Assembly: GCA_958296135.2 (NCBI GenBank) | Contig: CATQHZ020000001.1 | Location: forward strand, 704,001 to 768,000 | Direction of reading: 5' to 3' | Length of the DNA stretch: 64,000 nucleotides | Source: an uncultured Poribacteria bacterium | GTDB taxonomy: Bacteria; Poribacteria; WGA-4E; WGA-3G | Part shown: piece after piece, positions 48,211 to 57,362 of the stretch | How positions within the stretch are numbered: the first letter of the stretch is position 1 | Layout: the number at the start of each line of letters is the position of its first letter | Translations under genes and position numbers: made by a program | Notes under the pieces: generated by a model | Database searches by the model: none | Told to the model about the DNA's origin: nothing | What the model saw: the letters and a program-made list of their open reading frames with translations, nothing else

Positions 48211-51200
48211 ATGCCAACACTCAACCTCAAACCCCACCACACTGCTGTCAAAGAATACTACGCGGCGCAGGAACGATACGCGCAGCAGAATGTCACGCGC
48301 GAAACCGCCGTGCGCGGTGCATTCGTCCCACTTCTAGAAACCTGCGCACGCCAAATGCACTGGACGCTCCTCCTCGAAGAGCCGCTCCACACTCAGCAAA
48401 ACCGGCGGATTGTCATCGATGGCGTGCTTGTTGACGATTTCCGATTGCCGCAAGGCTACTACGAAGCGAAGGATATTGACGATAATCTGGATGCTGAAAT
48501 TGACAAGAAAACCGCTGCTGGCTACCCGCTTGATAATACCCTCTTCCAAAACCCGGAACGGGCAATTCTCTATCAAAACGGCGAGAAGGTGATGGAGGCA
48601 GACCTGGGGGATGAGGCACAACTTGTCGAAATCCTCAAGGCGTTCTGTGCTTACCGTGCGGATAACGTCGCCGAATGGCAGGCGGCGGTGGCAGAATTCA
48701 AGACGCAGGTGCAGGCACTCGGACAACAGGCGACGCGCCTCATCCAAGCCGAACTGCAGGAAAACCCGCACTTTCAAGAGGTGTTCACCAGTTTCCACCA
48801 ACACTGCCGAGACTCGATTAACCCGAACCTCTCTGCAGCCGCTGTGGAAGAGATGTTGGTGCAGCATCTGTTGACGGAACGCACTTTCCGCACGGTATTC
48901 AATAACCCGGATTTCACGCAGCGGAACGTCATCGCCCGTGAAATCGCGAACGTTATCAGCGTGCTAACCGAGCAGGAGTTCAGCCAAGGCGAATTCCTCA
49001 AACCGCTAGACCGGTTTTACGACACCATTGAACGCACCGCCGCGGATTTGAAGGACTTCTCCCAAAAACAGCATTTTCTTAACACGGTCTACGAACAGTT
49101 CTTCCAAGGCTTTTCTGTCGATGTAGCGGATACGCACGGCATCGTCTATACGCCGCAACCCATCGTCAGTTTCATGGTGAAAAGCGTTGAACAGATTCTG
49201 CAAACCGAGTTTAACCGTTCGCTTTCGGATGCGGGGGTGCATCTCATCGATGCGTTCGTCGGCACCGGCAACTTCATCGTTCATCTGATGCGCGAAATCG
49301 GCGAGAAGAGCAAAATCGCGCTGATGGACAAATACGCCGGCGAACTCTGGTGCAACGAGGTGCTACTGCTCCCATACTACATTGCGACGCTCAACATTGA
49401 GCATGAATTTTACGTCACCACCGGGAGGTACCGTCCGTTTGAGGGTATCTGCCTCGTGGATACGTTTGATTTGGCGGAGGGGCGGCAGACGGAGATGTTC
49501 GCGCCTGATAATACGCAGCGCGTTGAAAAACAGAAGGCATCGCCGATGTTCATCGTTATCGGGAATCCGCCCTATAATATCGGGCAAGTGAATCAGAACG
49601 ATAACAACAAGAACCGGAAGTATCCGATGATGGATGCGCGTGTGCGGGAGACGTATACGCGAGCCTCCAACGCGCAAAATAACAAACCGCTGGCAGACCC
49701 GTATGTTAAGTCAATTCGGTGGGCTTCCGACAGAATCGGCAAGGAAGGCATCGTCGCTCTCGTCACAAACAACAGTTTTCTCAACGATAGGGCATTTGAT
49801 GGGATGCGGAAACAACTCGCAGCCGACTTTGATGCCCTCTACATTATGGATTTAGGCGGCAACGTTCGCCAGAATCCAAAAATCTCCGGCACCAAGCATA
49901 ACGTTTTCGGCATTCAGGTTGGAGTGTGCATCAGCTTTTTCGTGAAAAAAAGTAGTGCATCCGATTCCCAGACCGGCATATTCTACGCGCGGCTTGATGA
50001 GTTCGCGACGAAGGAAGATAAGTATCGCTATCTCAACGCGACAGAACATTGCGGGAACGTTGAATGGAAACGGATAACACCTGACGAACGACAGACGTGG
50101 TTAACCGAAGGGCTCCAAGCCGAATTTGAGTCCTTTCTTCCGATGGGACGTAAGGAAGTTAAGAATGGAAAAGCGGAACCGGTTAATACGATTTTTAAAA
50201 CGTATAGTCTCGGCGTGGTGACGAACCGGGATGCATGGGCGTGCAATTTCGACGCGCGCGCCTTGACAGAGAATCTGTCTCGGATGATGGAGTTCTACAA
50301 CACTGAAGTTGGCAGATGGGAACGGCGGATGGACAGGGATATCAGCGTCACCGATTTTGTGGATACCGATAAGACCAAGGTTAAGTGGACTCGGAGTCTG
50401 CTGTCAAAACTGCGCAATGGCAGACAGGCTGCATTTTCGCCGGAAAAGGTGCGGACGGCTCACTATCGGCCGTTTACGAAACTGAATCTCTACTTCGATC
50501 GGATGATGAACGAGTGCGTTTATGTGATGCCATCTATCTTTCCGATACCTGAAACCGAGAAGGAAAATCGCGTGATTTGCGTCAGCGGTCCAGCGAGTAA
50601 AAAACCGTTTCAGGTCTTCATGGTAGATGTGATTCCGTGCATGGATCTGCTTGAAAAAACGCAGTGCTTCCCTTTCTATACTTACGATGAGGATGGCACG
50701 AACCGGCGTGAAAACATCACGGATTGGACGTTAGCAGCGTTCCGGTCGCGCTACGGCGATGCTTCCATCACGAAGTGGGATATTTTCAACTATACCTACG
50801 GGCTGTTGCATCATCCTTCGTATAGCGAGGCGTATCAGGCGAATCTGCGTCGCGATTTGCCGCATCTCCCGTTTGCGCCCGATTTCTGGGCATTTGCGAA
50901 GGCGGGGGCGCAGTTGGCTGAGTTACACGTCAACTATGAGTCGCAGCCGGAGTATCCGTTGCGGCTGGAGGAGAATCCTGATGCTTCTCCCGATTGGCGC
51001 GTGGAAAAGATGAAGTTGTCCAAGGACAAGACGGAGATTCGGTATAACGAATGGTTAACGCTGGCGGATATTCCAGCCGAGGCGTTTGCGTATCGGTTAG
51101 GCGCGATTTCGGCGTTGGAGTGGGTGGTGGAGCGGTATCGTGTTAAACGCGACAAACCGAGCGGCATCGTGAACGATGCGAATTGTGCGGCGGCGGAGCG

Positions 51201-51285
51201 TTCTATCGTGGAGCTCATTCGGAAGGTGACGTGGGTGAGTTTAGAGACGGTTCGGGTTGTTGCGGGTTTGCCTGCGTTGATTTGA
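48211..51285 (+). CDS. fused restriction-modification enzyme (Type IIG / ISP-like: nuclease + N6-adenine MTase + specificity domain, no helicase)
   Basis: IDG...YYEAKD nuclease-like motif, HGIVYTPQPIV, DAFVGTGNF, GNPPY, GVVTNRDAW, YRPF and SALEWVVERY. Confidence 0.88.
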   Translation: MPTLNLKPHHTAVKEYYAAQERYAQQNVTRETAVRGAFVPLLETCARQMHWTLLLEEPLHTQQNRRIVIDGVLVDDFRLPQGYYEAKDIDDNLDAEIDKKTAAGYPLDNTLFQNPERAILYQNGEKVMEADLGDEAQLVEILKAFCAYRADNVAEWQAAVAEFKTQVQALGQQATRLIQAELQENPHFQEVFTSFHQHCRDSINPNLSAAAVEEMLVQHLLTERTFRTVFNNPDFTQRNVIAREIANVISVLTEQEFSQGEFLKPLDRFYDTIERTAADLKDFSQKQHFLNTVYEQFFQGFSVDVADTHGIVYTPQPIVSFMVKSVEQILQTEFNRSLSDAGVHLIDAFVGTGNFIVHLMREIGEKSKIALMDKYAGELWCNEVLLLPYYIATLNIEHEFYVTTGRYRPFEGICLVDTFDLAEGRQTEMFAPDNTQRVEKQKASPMFIVIGNPPYNIGQVNQNDNNKNRKYPMMDARVRETYTRASNAQNNKPLADPYVKSIRWASDRIGKEGIVALVTNNSFLNDRAFDGMRKQLAADFDALYIMDLGGNVRQNPKISGTKHNVFGIQVGVCISFFVKKSSASDSQTGIFYARLDEFATKEDKYRYLNATEHCGNVEWKRITPDERQTWLTEGLQAEFESFLPMGRKEVKNGKAEPVNTIFKTYSLGVVTNRDAWACNFDARALTENLSRMMEFYNTEVGRWERRMDRDISVTDFVDTDKTKVKWTRSLLSKLRNGRQAAFSPEKVRTAHYRPFTKLNLYFDRMMNECVYVMPSIFPIPETEKENRVICVSGPASKKPFQVFMVDVIPCMDLLEKTQCFPFYTYDEDGTNRRENITDWTLAAFRSRYGDASITKWDIFNYTYGLLHHPSYSEAYQANLRRDLPHLPFAPDFWAFAKAGAQLAELHVNYESQPEYPLRLEENPDASPDWRVEKMKLSKDKTEIRYNEWLTLADIPAEAFAYRLGAISALEWVVERYRVKRDKPSGIVNDANCAAAERSIVELIRKVTWVSLETVRVVAGLPALI

Positions 51286-51326
51286 GCGGGGGTGCCGTTT
51301 TGCCTGTGTTGGGCGGAGGTATTGAA

Positions 51327-51899
51327 ATGAAAGGCATTGTTGTTTTGATATTGGCGTTGTTTTTGGCTGCGCCGGTGCACGGGCAGCTCACCGAAGAGAA
51401 AGTGGCGCAGATTATGAATGCCGCCCTTGTGCCGGTGATGAACGAGTTGCGCGTCATGAAGGAGGAATTCCGCGTCATGAAAGAAGATGTCCGTGTCGTG
51501 AAAGAAGATGTCCGCGAACTGAAAGAGGAGTTCAGCGAACTGAAAGAGGAGTTCAGCGTGGTGAAAAAGACGGTCCAAGCGGGGGAAGTTGCGCTCAGCG
51601 GACTGCAGAGCGAGGTCCGCGGGAACGGGACTCGGATTACCGATGTGCGAGTGCAACTGACTTGGCAGTCAAGTGCGCTGCTAACGGTGTCAGGCTTGCT
51701 GGTGACGCTGCTGCTGTGGCTGCTCAAGCGGGCGTGGGATGAGCGTCGTGCGGAGCGCGAAGAGTTGGCGGAGAAGCAGGTAGAGTTGGCGGAGAAGCAG
51801 GCAGAGATTGTCCAGTTGCGCGCCGAGAACGAACGGCTCAAACCGCAGATTTTCACGGAACGTGGGGAGCCTGCCAATGTTTCCAGGAACGTGCCTTAA
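51327..51899 (+). CDS. secreted/membrane coiled-coil protein with heptad repeats
   Basis: GGAGG RBS, signal peptide, (R/S)(V/E)(M/V/L)KE(E/D)(F/V) x5-6, TM helix and ELAEKQ x2. Confidence 0.75.
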   Translation: MKGIVVLILALFLAAPVHGQLTEEKVAQIMNAALVPVMNELRVMKEEFRVMKEDVRVVKEDVRELKEEFSELKEEFSVVKKTVQAGEVALSGLQSEVRGNGTRITDVRVQLTWQSSALLTVSGLLVTLLLWLLKRAWDERRAEREELAEKQVELAEKQAEIVQLRAENERLKPQIFTERGEPANVSRNVP

Positions 51900-51964
51900 C
51901 CCGAAAGCGGGTGAGTCAACAGCCTGCGCCGATGCGAAAGCAATAATATCCGAGGAGGGGAAAT

Positions 51965-53572
51965 ATGGCAGCTACCAAATTTTTTGAGACGCGTGGACCT
52001 GTTGATCCGGCGTTGCACTATGTAGTGGCTCGCACGGTGGAGTTGGCGGAGTTGATGCGTCGTATAAAACTAGGGCGGTATCTCGTCATCTTTGCGCCGC
52101 GTCAGACGGGGAAGACGACGTTCTTTCGGTGGGCACTTGCGGCGCTTGCGGCTGAGGACGAAACCTATTTTCCGATTCAATTGGATTTTGAGGCGTATAA
52201 AAACTACTCTCCCGCTGATTTCTACGCGAACCTCCACGAAGATATTCTTGAGGAGATAGAGTCTGTTTTCCAGCATCGGGGCAGCGTGATGCCCTCGGCT
52301 TTAACGCAGTTTTTAGCGGGCGCGACGCTGACGGACCACGTTGCCATGATAAGGTTTTTTAGTCGGTTTGCGCGCGTGCTAGGGCATCCGCGGGTTGTGC
52401 TGCTGATAGACGAATTCGATGGCATCCCGTCGGCTGTGGTGAGTGATTTTCTGTATGCCCTTCGGCGTGTCTATGTCTCTAAGTTTCGCGATGCCCGGTG
52501 TCCGTATAGTATAGGCATTGTTGGTGTCAAGAATATCACGCAGTTGAACTACGATAGGACTATCTCTCCGTTTAAGATCCAAGATGAGTTCCAGTTGCCC
52601 GGCTTCACGCTGGCACAGGTGCAGGAGCTGCTCGGCCAGTATACCGCCGAAGTGGGACAGCCGTTTGCCTCCGAAGTCGTTGCGACGTTGCATCGGCAGA
52701 CAGGGGGACAACCGTTTCTCGTCAACCGGCTTGCGCAGCTGCTCACCCAGGAGATGGATATCCCGCGAGACACTGTCATTTCCCTGGAACACTTTGCCGA
52801 GGCACATCGGGTGCTCCTGACAGAAGACAATGTCAACTTCAATCATTTGACGACGAATGTCCAGCGAGATCCGCGGTTTGAACGGCTGCTGATGCGCATT
52901 GCTTCGTCGGCGCAGCCCCTCAGTTTCAACCCGCGTAATGATGTCATGAAGGAACTGACAACCTACGGTGTCATCGCGAAAGGGACAGATGGAAATTGTG
53001 AGATTGTCAATCCGATTTACCAGTCTTGCGTGTTGCAGGCATTCCAGCCGGTGATAAACGGGTTGGAGGCCGACTACTTTCCCGCGGGTACCAAAAGCGG
53101 TTATCAGGATTACGTCACATCGTCAGGGGAGCTTGCGCTGGGGCCCTTGCTGGATAACTTCCGTGATTTCATTGTTCGTGCGGGGTTTCGTATTCTTGAA
53201 GTGCCGCGTCTTCCGAGTGAATCGGTTGGGCAGCACCTCTTGGCGGCTTATCTTGATGGTTTTGTGAAAGCGGTGGGGGGTTTCCTGTATCTGGAGGTTC
53301 CAACGGGGCGCGGTCGGACAGATTTGATTATTCTTCATCATCGTAGGAAGTATATCGTAGAGACGAAGGTGTGGGGTGGTGCGGAGCTATATGCGGCAGG
53401 GAAGCGTCAGCTTGCTGCGTATCTGAAGTTGGAGGGTGCGGTTGAGGGTTACTATGTGGTGTTCGATCATCGTCAGTCTCCGGTGCCGCGTGTTGAAACG
53501 GAGCGGGTGGATGGTGTTTCGATTCGGAGTTATGTGATTCCGGTGGTGCAGTCTCGCCCTTCGGATGTTTGA
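51965..53572 (+). CDS. AAA-like ATPase with C-terminal PD-(D/E)xK nuclease-like domain
   Basis: Walker A APRQTGKTT, Walker B LLIDEFD, TGGQPFLV and GRTDL...YIVETK. Confidence 0.85.
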   Translation: MAATKFFETRGPVDPALHYVVARTVELAELMRRIKLGRYLVIFAPRQTGKTTFFRWALAALAAEDETYFPIQLDFEAYKNYSPADFYANLHEDILEEIESVFQHRGSVMPSALTQFLAGATLTDHVAMIRFFSRFARVLGHPRVVLLIDEFDGIPSAVVSDFLYALRRVYVSKFRDARCPYSIGIVGVKNITQLNYDRTISPFKIQDEFQLPGFTLAQVQELLGQYTAEVGQPFASEVVATLHRQTGGQPFLVNRLAQLLTQEMDIPRDTVISLEHFAEAHRVLLTEDNVNFNHLTTNVQRDPRFERLLMRIASSAQPLSFNPRNDVMKELTTYGVIAKGTDGNCEIVNPIYQSCVLQAFQPVINGLEADYFPAGTKSGYQDYVTSSGELALGPLLDNFRDFIVRAGFRILEVPRLPSESVGQHLLAAYLDGFVKAVGGFLYLEVPTGRGRTDLIILHHRRKYIVETKVWGGAELYAAGKRQLAAYLKLEGAVEGYYVVFDHRQSPVPRVETERVDGVSIRSYVIPVVQSRPSDV

Positions 53573-53581
53573 GGAAACGCG

Positions 53582-55768
53582 ATGGTTCGGGTAAAAAATC
53601 GATTCCACAGCGCGCTTGGAAAGCGCGCCTACCGGGGGTATCTGCTCTGTTTTTTGATGTGCACCGTGCCCCTCGTCGGGCATCCGCAAGGCACATGGCT
53701 GCCGATGTCAGCCGGTCCGCCGAGTGCGCGATGGCTCCATACCGCTGTCTGGACCGGGGAAGCGTTCATCGTCTGGGGCGGCATTGATACAAACGGCCCG
53801 CTTCAGACTGGCGGCAGTTACACGCCAGCGACGAACGCTTGGATGCCTCTTCCCACCGATGGCGCGCCCGCTGCACGCGCAGACCACGGTGCTATCTGGA
53901 CAGGCACGCAGATGGTTGTTTGGGGCGGGTTTGATAAAGAAAACACGCCGCTGCAGCGTGGCGGCATTTACTCGCCGATGCATCGGAAGTGGGATAGCCT
54001 CGCTATCCAGAGTGCCCCGGATGCGCGCGGCGGCCACACCGCTGTCTGGAACGGACAGGAACTGATTATCTGGGGTGGATGGGATGGCAGGCACACACAT
54101 TTTAGCACCGGGGGCCGCTATTCGCCAGAAAGCGACGTGTGGAAGCCGATGTCTACCCTGCACGCGCCTCAGCCGCGGACAAGTCACACCGCTGTCTGGA
54201 CAGGAGCTCGAATGCTGGTTTGGGGTGGTTTTGATAGGCACAAACAACCCTTGCAAATCGGCGGTGCTTATTCCCCGAAAACCGATTCATGGCAGCTTCT
54301 TTCCGCTGCAGATGCTCCCTCACCTCGCGCAGTGCATACTGCTGTCTGGACCGGGGATGCGATGATTATCTGGGGTGGGCTGGACACTGCGCAACACCCT
54401 CTCCACACCGGCGGCATTTACTCGCCGGGGACAGAGACGTGGAAACCCATCTCTACTGCTGGCGCGCCGAGTGCCCGCGCAGGCCACACCGCAATGTGGA
54501 TAGGTGACAAGATGCTGATATGGGGAGGATTTGGCCGGAACGGGCAACTCCTGCAGACAGGCGCGCTTTATGAACCGAGAACGGATACATGGGTGCCGCT
54601 TCCGGTGCAAAACGCACCTATCGGCAGACTGGGGCACGCAGCCGCTTGGACAGGCACGCAGCTGTTCGTCTGGGGGGGCACCGATAAGCGGCGTTATCTG
54701 GATACCGGCAATCGGTATATTCCGGGAACCGCGCGGTGGGTAGCACTTCCAGACGAGCGCGGTGCCTCGGCGCGGGGCGGGCACACAGCTGTCTGGACAG
54801 GGGAGCAGCTGCTCATCTGGGGCGGCACATCGCGGACGGGCTATCTCAATACCGGCGGCAGTTACACGCTCCAGACTGAGGTGTGGCAGCCGCTGTCAAC
54901 TGATGGTGCGCCTGCCGCGCGCGCCGGCCATACGGCAGTCTGGACAGGGGAGCAGATGTTCATCTGGGGTGGCACATCGCAGATGGGACACCTCAATACC
55001 GGCGGCAGTTACACGCCACAAACCGATATGTGGAAACCGCTCGCCACGCATCAGGCACCCGAAAGCGCGTTCCTTCACAGCGCGGTGTGGACAGGCACGC
55101 AGTTCATCGTGTGGGGCGGGTTGAATCCCGATGAAACGCCGGTGCAGACAGGGGGGATTTACACTCCGAATAGTGACGTTTGGATACCTACTTCCATGGA
55201 AGGCGCGCCGAGTCCTCGTAGCGGGCATACCGCCGTGTGGAGCGGCGACGCGATGCTCGTCTGGGGAGGTACGACGCAGGAGGGATATGTCAACACAGGA
55301 GGATGGTATCATCCCGCGACAGATACGTGGGGCCCGCTGAGCCTCTCTGGTGCGCCGGAGGGGAGGTTCGGCCACACCGCCGTTTGGACAGGCACGCGCA
55401 TGCTGATTTGGGGCGGTACCGATGGCGTGCAGCCGCTCAACACCGGGAGAATCTACGATGCGAAAACGGACACATGGCACCCTCTCTCTACACAAAACGC
55501 GCCCGATGCCCGCTTTGGACATCGGGCAGTCTGGAACGGCTCAGTGATGGTTGTCTGGGGTGGTTACGGTAACAAAGGCAAACCGCTGAAGACAGGTGGT
55601 ATGTATGAACCGAAAACCGACACGTGGCACGCGCTTTCCACAGAGGGAGTTCCAGATGGACAAGTGCTTCACACTGCGGTTTGGACAGGCGATAAGATGA
55701 TTGTTTGGGGTGGCACTGATGGGAAGTTCCCTCAGCATACGGGCGCGGTGTGGATACCGTCCCCGTAG
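53582..55768 (+). CDS. secreted Kelch-repeat protein (14 repeats)
   Basis: Fourteen H(T/S/G)AVW(T/N/S)G..(M/L)(I/V)(I/V)WGG units of about 50 aa after a signal peptide. Confidence 0.9.
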   Translation: MVRVKNRFHSALGKRAYRGYLLCFLMCTVPLVGHPQGTWLPMSAGPPSARWLHTAVWTGEAFIVWGGIDTNGPLQTGGSYTPATNAWMPLPTDGAPAARADHGAIWTGTQMVVWGGFDKENTPLQRGGIYSPMHRKWDSLAIQSAPDARGGHTAVWNGQELIIWGGWDGRHTHFSTGGRYSPESDVWKPMSTLHAPQPRTSHTAVWTGARMLVWGGFDRHKQPLQIGGAYSPKTDSWQLLSAADAPSPRAVHTAVWTGDAMIIWGGLDTAQHPLHTGGIYSPGTETWKPISTAGAPSARAGHTAMWIGDKMLIWGGFGRNGQLLQTGALYEPRTDTWVPLPVQNAPIGRLGHAAAWTGTQLFVWGGTDKRRYLDTGNRYIPGTARWVALPDERGASARGGHTAVWTGEQLLIWGGTSRTGYLNTGGSYTLQTEVWQPLSTDGAPAARAGHTAVWTGEQMFIWGGTSQMGHLNTGGSYTPQTDMWKPLATHQAPESAFLHSAVWTGTQFIVWGGLNPDETPVQTGGIYTPNSDVWIPTSMEGAPSPRSGHTAVWSGDAMLVWGGTTQEGYVNTGGWYHPATDTWGPLSLSGAPEGRFGHTAVWTGTRMLIWGGTDGVQPLNTGRIYDAKTDTWHPLSTQNAPDARFGHRAVWNGSVMVVWGGYGNKGKPLKTGGMYEPKTDTWHALSTEGVPDGQVLHTAVWTGDKMIVWGGTDGKFPQHTGAVWIPSP

Positions 55769-55860
55769 GCGCGCGTTGGATGCGCACCTCCCCGTGGGCG
55801 CGATATGGAGGCAGAGCCCGTAGGTGAACGTTTTAGGAATTTGTGTAAGGCCTGTGGGCA

Positions 55861-57357
55861 TTATTTCACTTCGCGGAGTTGCGTGAGCATCTCCATCGCG
55901 TGCTTATTCTCCGGCTCCAACTGTAACACTTTTTCAAAAGCGGCGATTGCTTCCGAGACGTTCCCAAGTTTATGGAGCGCGAACCCTAAGGCACCGTAAG
56001 CACGAACGTGCGCCGCATCAAGTGCCAGCACCTTTTCAAACCGCGCCACCGCCTTCTCGTAGTGCTCCTGCGTCAAAAAGATTAAGCCGAGTCTGTAAAC
56101 CGCTTGCACATCCGTTTCATCGTCGGCGATGGCGACTTTGTAGTGCGGTTCGGCTTTGGCATACGCCTGTTTTTTCCAATACACCTCGGCGAGCGCGCGG
56201 TGCAACACAGGGGTGTGTGGCGTGAGTGCCAGTGCCTTTTGATACTGCGCAATGGCCGACACATTCCTCCCAAGCTTATCATAGACGCGCCCCAAATAAT
56301 AGTGAACTTCCGCGGTCAAATCGGTAATCTCCGGGGGTGTTTTGTCCGTTTCACTGCGGAGTAACACGTGTGCGCTCTCAAACGCGGCGATTGCCTCATT
56401 ATACCGTTCCGTGTGAAGCAACGCGATGCCGTAATCCCGCCACACCTCTACATCTTTTTGTTTATGCGAGATGAGCGGTTCAAATTCCGCGGCGGCTCTG
56501 ACAAAATCGCCTTCTGCCAGATGGTGTCTGCCGCGCTCTGCATAGAGCGGCGCGGTTACCCCCGCGCGTAACACCTCCCACCACAGCGGGTCGCGTAACT
56601 TGTTGTACTGGCTAGGTTGGCGGGCTGATGCTGCATGCCGTTTCGCCGCCGCTGTTTCGCCCGAGGCGAGTTGCACTTGCGCCATCAAGGCGTGTGCCTC
56701 ACGCTGATTCGGGTTAATCCGAAGGGCGCGTGCCAAATGTGTCTTGGCAAGTCCAATTTGCTGTCTCGCGAGGGCAATCTCCCCGAGCCAGAGTGCCGAA
56801 AACGGATTGTCGGGTTGGAGGTTCTTCGCGCGTTCTAAATGGTGCTTCGCCTCATCGAGCCGCCCGAGCACCCGAAGCGCAGCGGCGAGATAGAGATGCG
56901 CCGGCACGTCCGTAGCATCCAACTGAAGCGCGCGGGTGAATGCCTTCACTGCCGCTTGCGGTGCTCGCTGCACCGTCATCCGTCCGAGAAAATAGTGCCA
57001 CCGGAATTCATCTGGCGCAAGGCGACTTGCACGGCGGTAACACGGCACCGAGGGCTCCTCCCATCCGTGGACGAGGTAGACATGCCCTAGTTTCCCCCAT
57101 GCTTCGGCATCGTCGGGGGCATTGCGGACTGCTTTTTGCGCCGTTGCAATTGCATCCAACAGCAATTTTTCCTCAACGAGGTTCAGATCGGCGGGTTCTG
57201 GCACCTCAATTTCTTCGGCTGCCAGTAGCATCGCGTTCATCAGAATAAGCAGCAGGGTAACACCGAAAAGGCTCCGTGGCCGCGCGTTGTAAGCGCGCCC
57301 ACGGGGTGAAGCGCGGTTGGAAACCGCGCCTACCGGCAGACGTGGATTTTTGTGCAT
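55861..57357 (-). CDS. secreted TPR-repeat protein
   Basis: Many TPR motifs (PDDAEAWGKLG, ALQLD, LEPENKHA); lies directly downstream of the CRTAC1 gene. Confidence 0.88.
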   Translation of the reverse strand: MHKNPRLPVGAVSNRASPRGRAYNARPRSLFGVTLLLILMNAMLLAAEEIEVPEPADLNLVEEKLLLDAIATAQKAVRNAPDDAEAWGKLGHVYLVHGWEEPSVPCYRRASRLAPDEFRWHYFLGRMTVQRAPQAAVKAFTRALQLDATDVPAHLYLAAALRVLGRLDEAKHHLERAKNLQPDNPFSALWLGEIALARQQIGLAKTHLARALRINPNQREAHALMAQVQLASGETAAAKRHAASARQPSQYNKLRDPLWWEVLRAGVTAPLYAERGRHHLAEGDFVRAAAEFEPLISHKQKDVEVWRDYGIALLHTERYNEAIAAFESAHVLLRSETDKTPPEITDLTAEVHYYLGRVYDKLGRNVSAIAQYQKALALTPHTPVLHRALAEVYWKKQAYAKAEPHYKVAIADDETDVQAVYRLGLIFLTQEHYEKAVARFEKVLALDAAHVRAYGALGFALHKLGNVSEAIAAFEKVLQLEPENKHAMEMLTQLREVK

Positions 57358-57362
57358 GAATT

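Noticed and set aside
45038-48220. Long antisense ORFs (45038..45919, 46991..48220 and similar shadows such as 2709..3413, 41580..41942)
   Set aside because: They overlap well-supported genes or REPs on the opposite strand and have no recognisable motifs.
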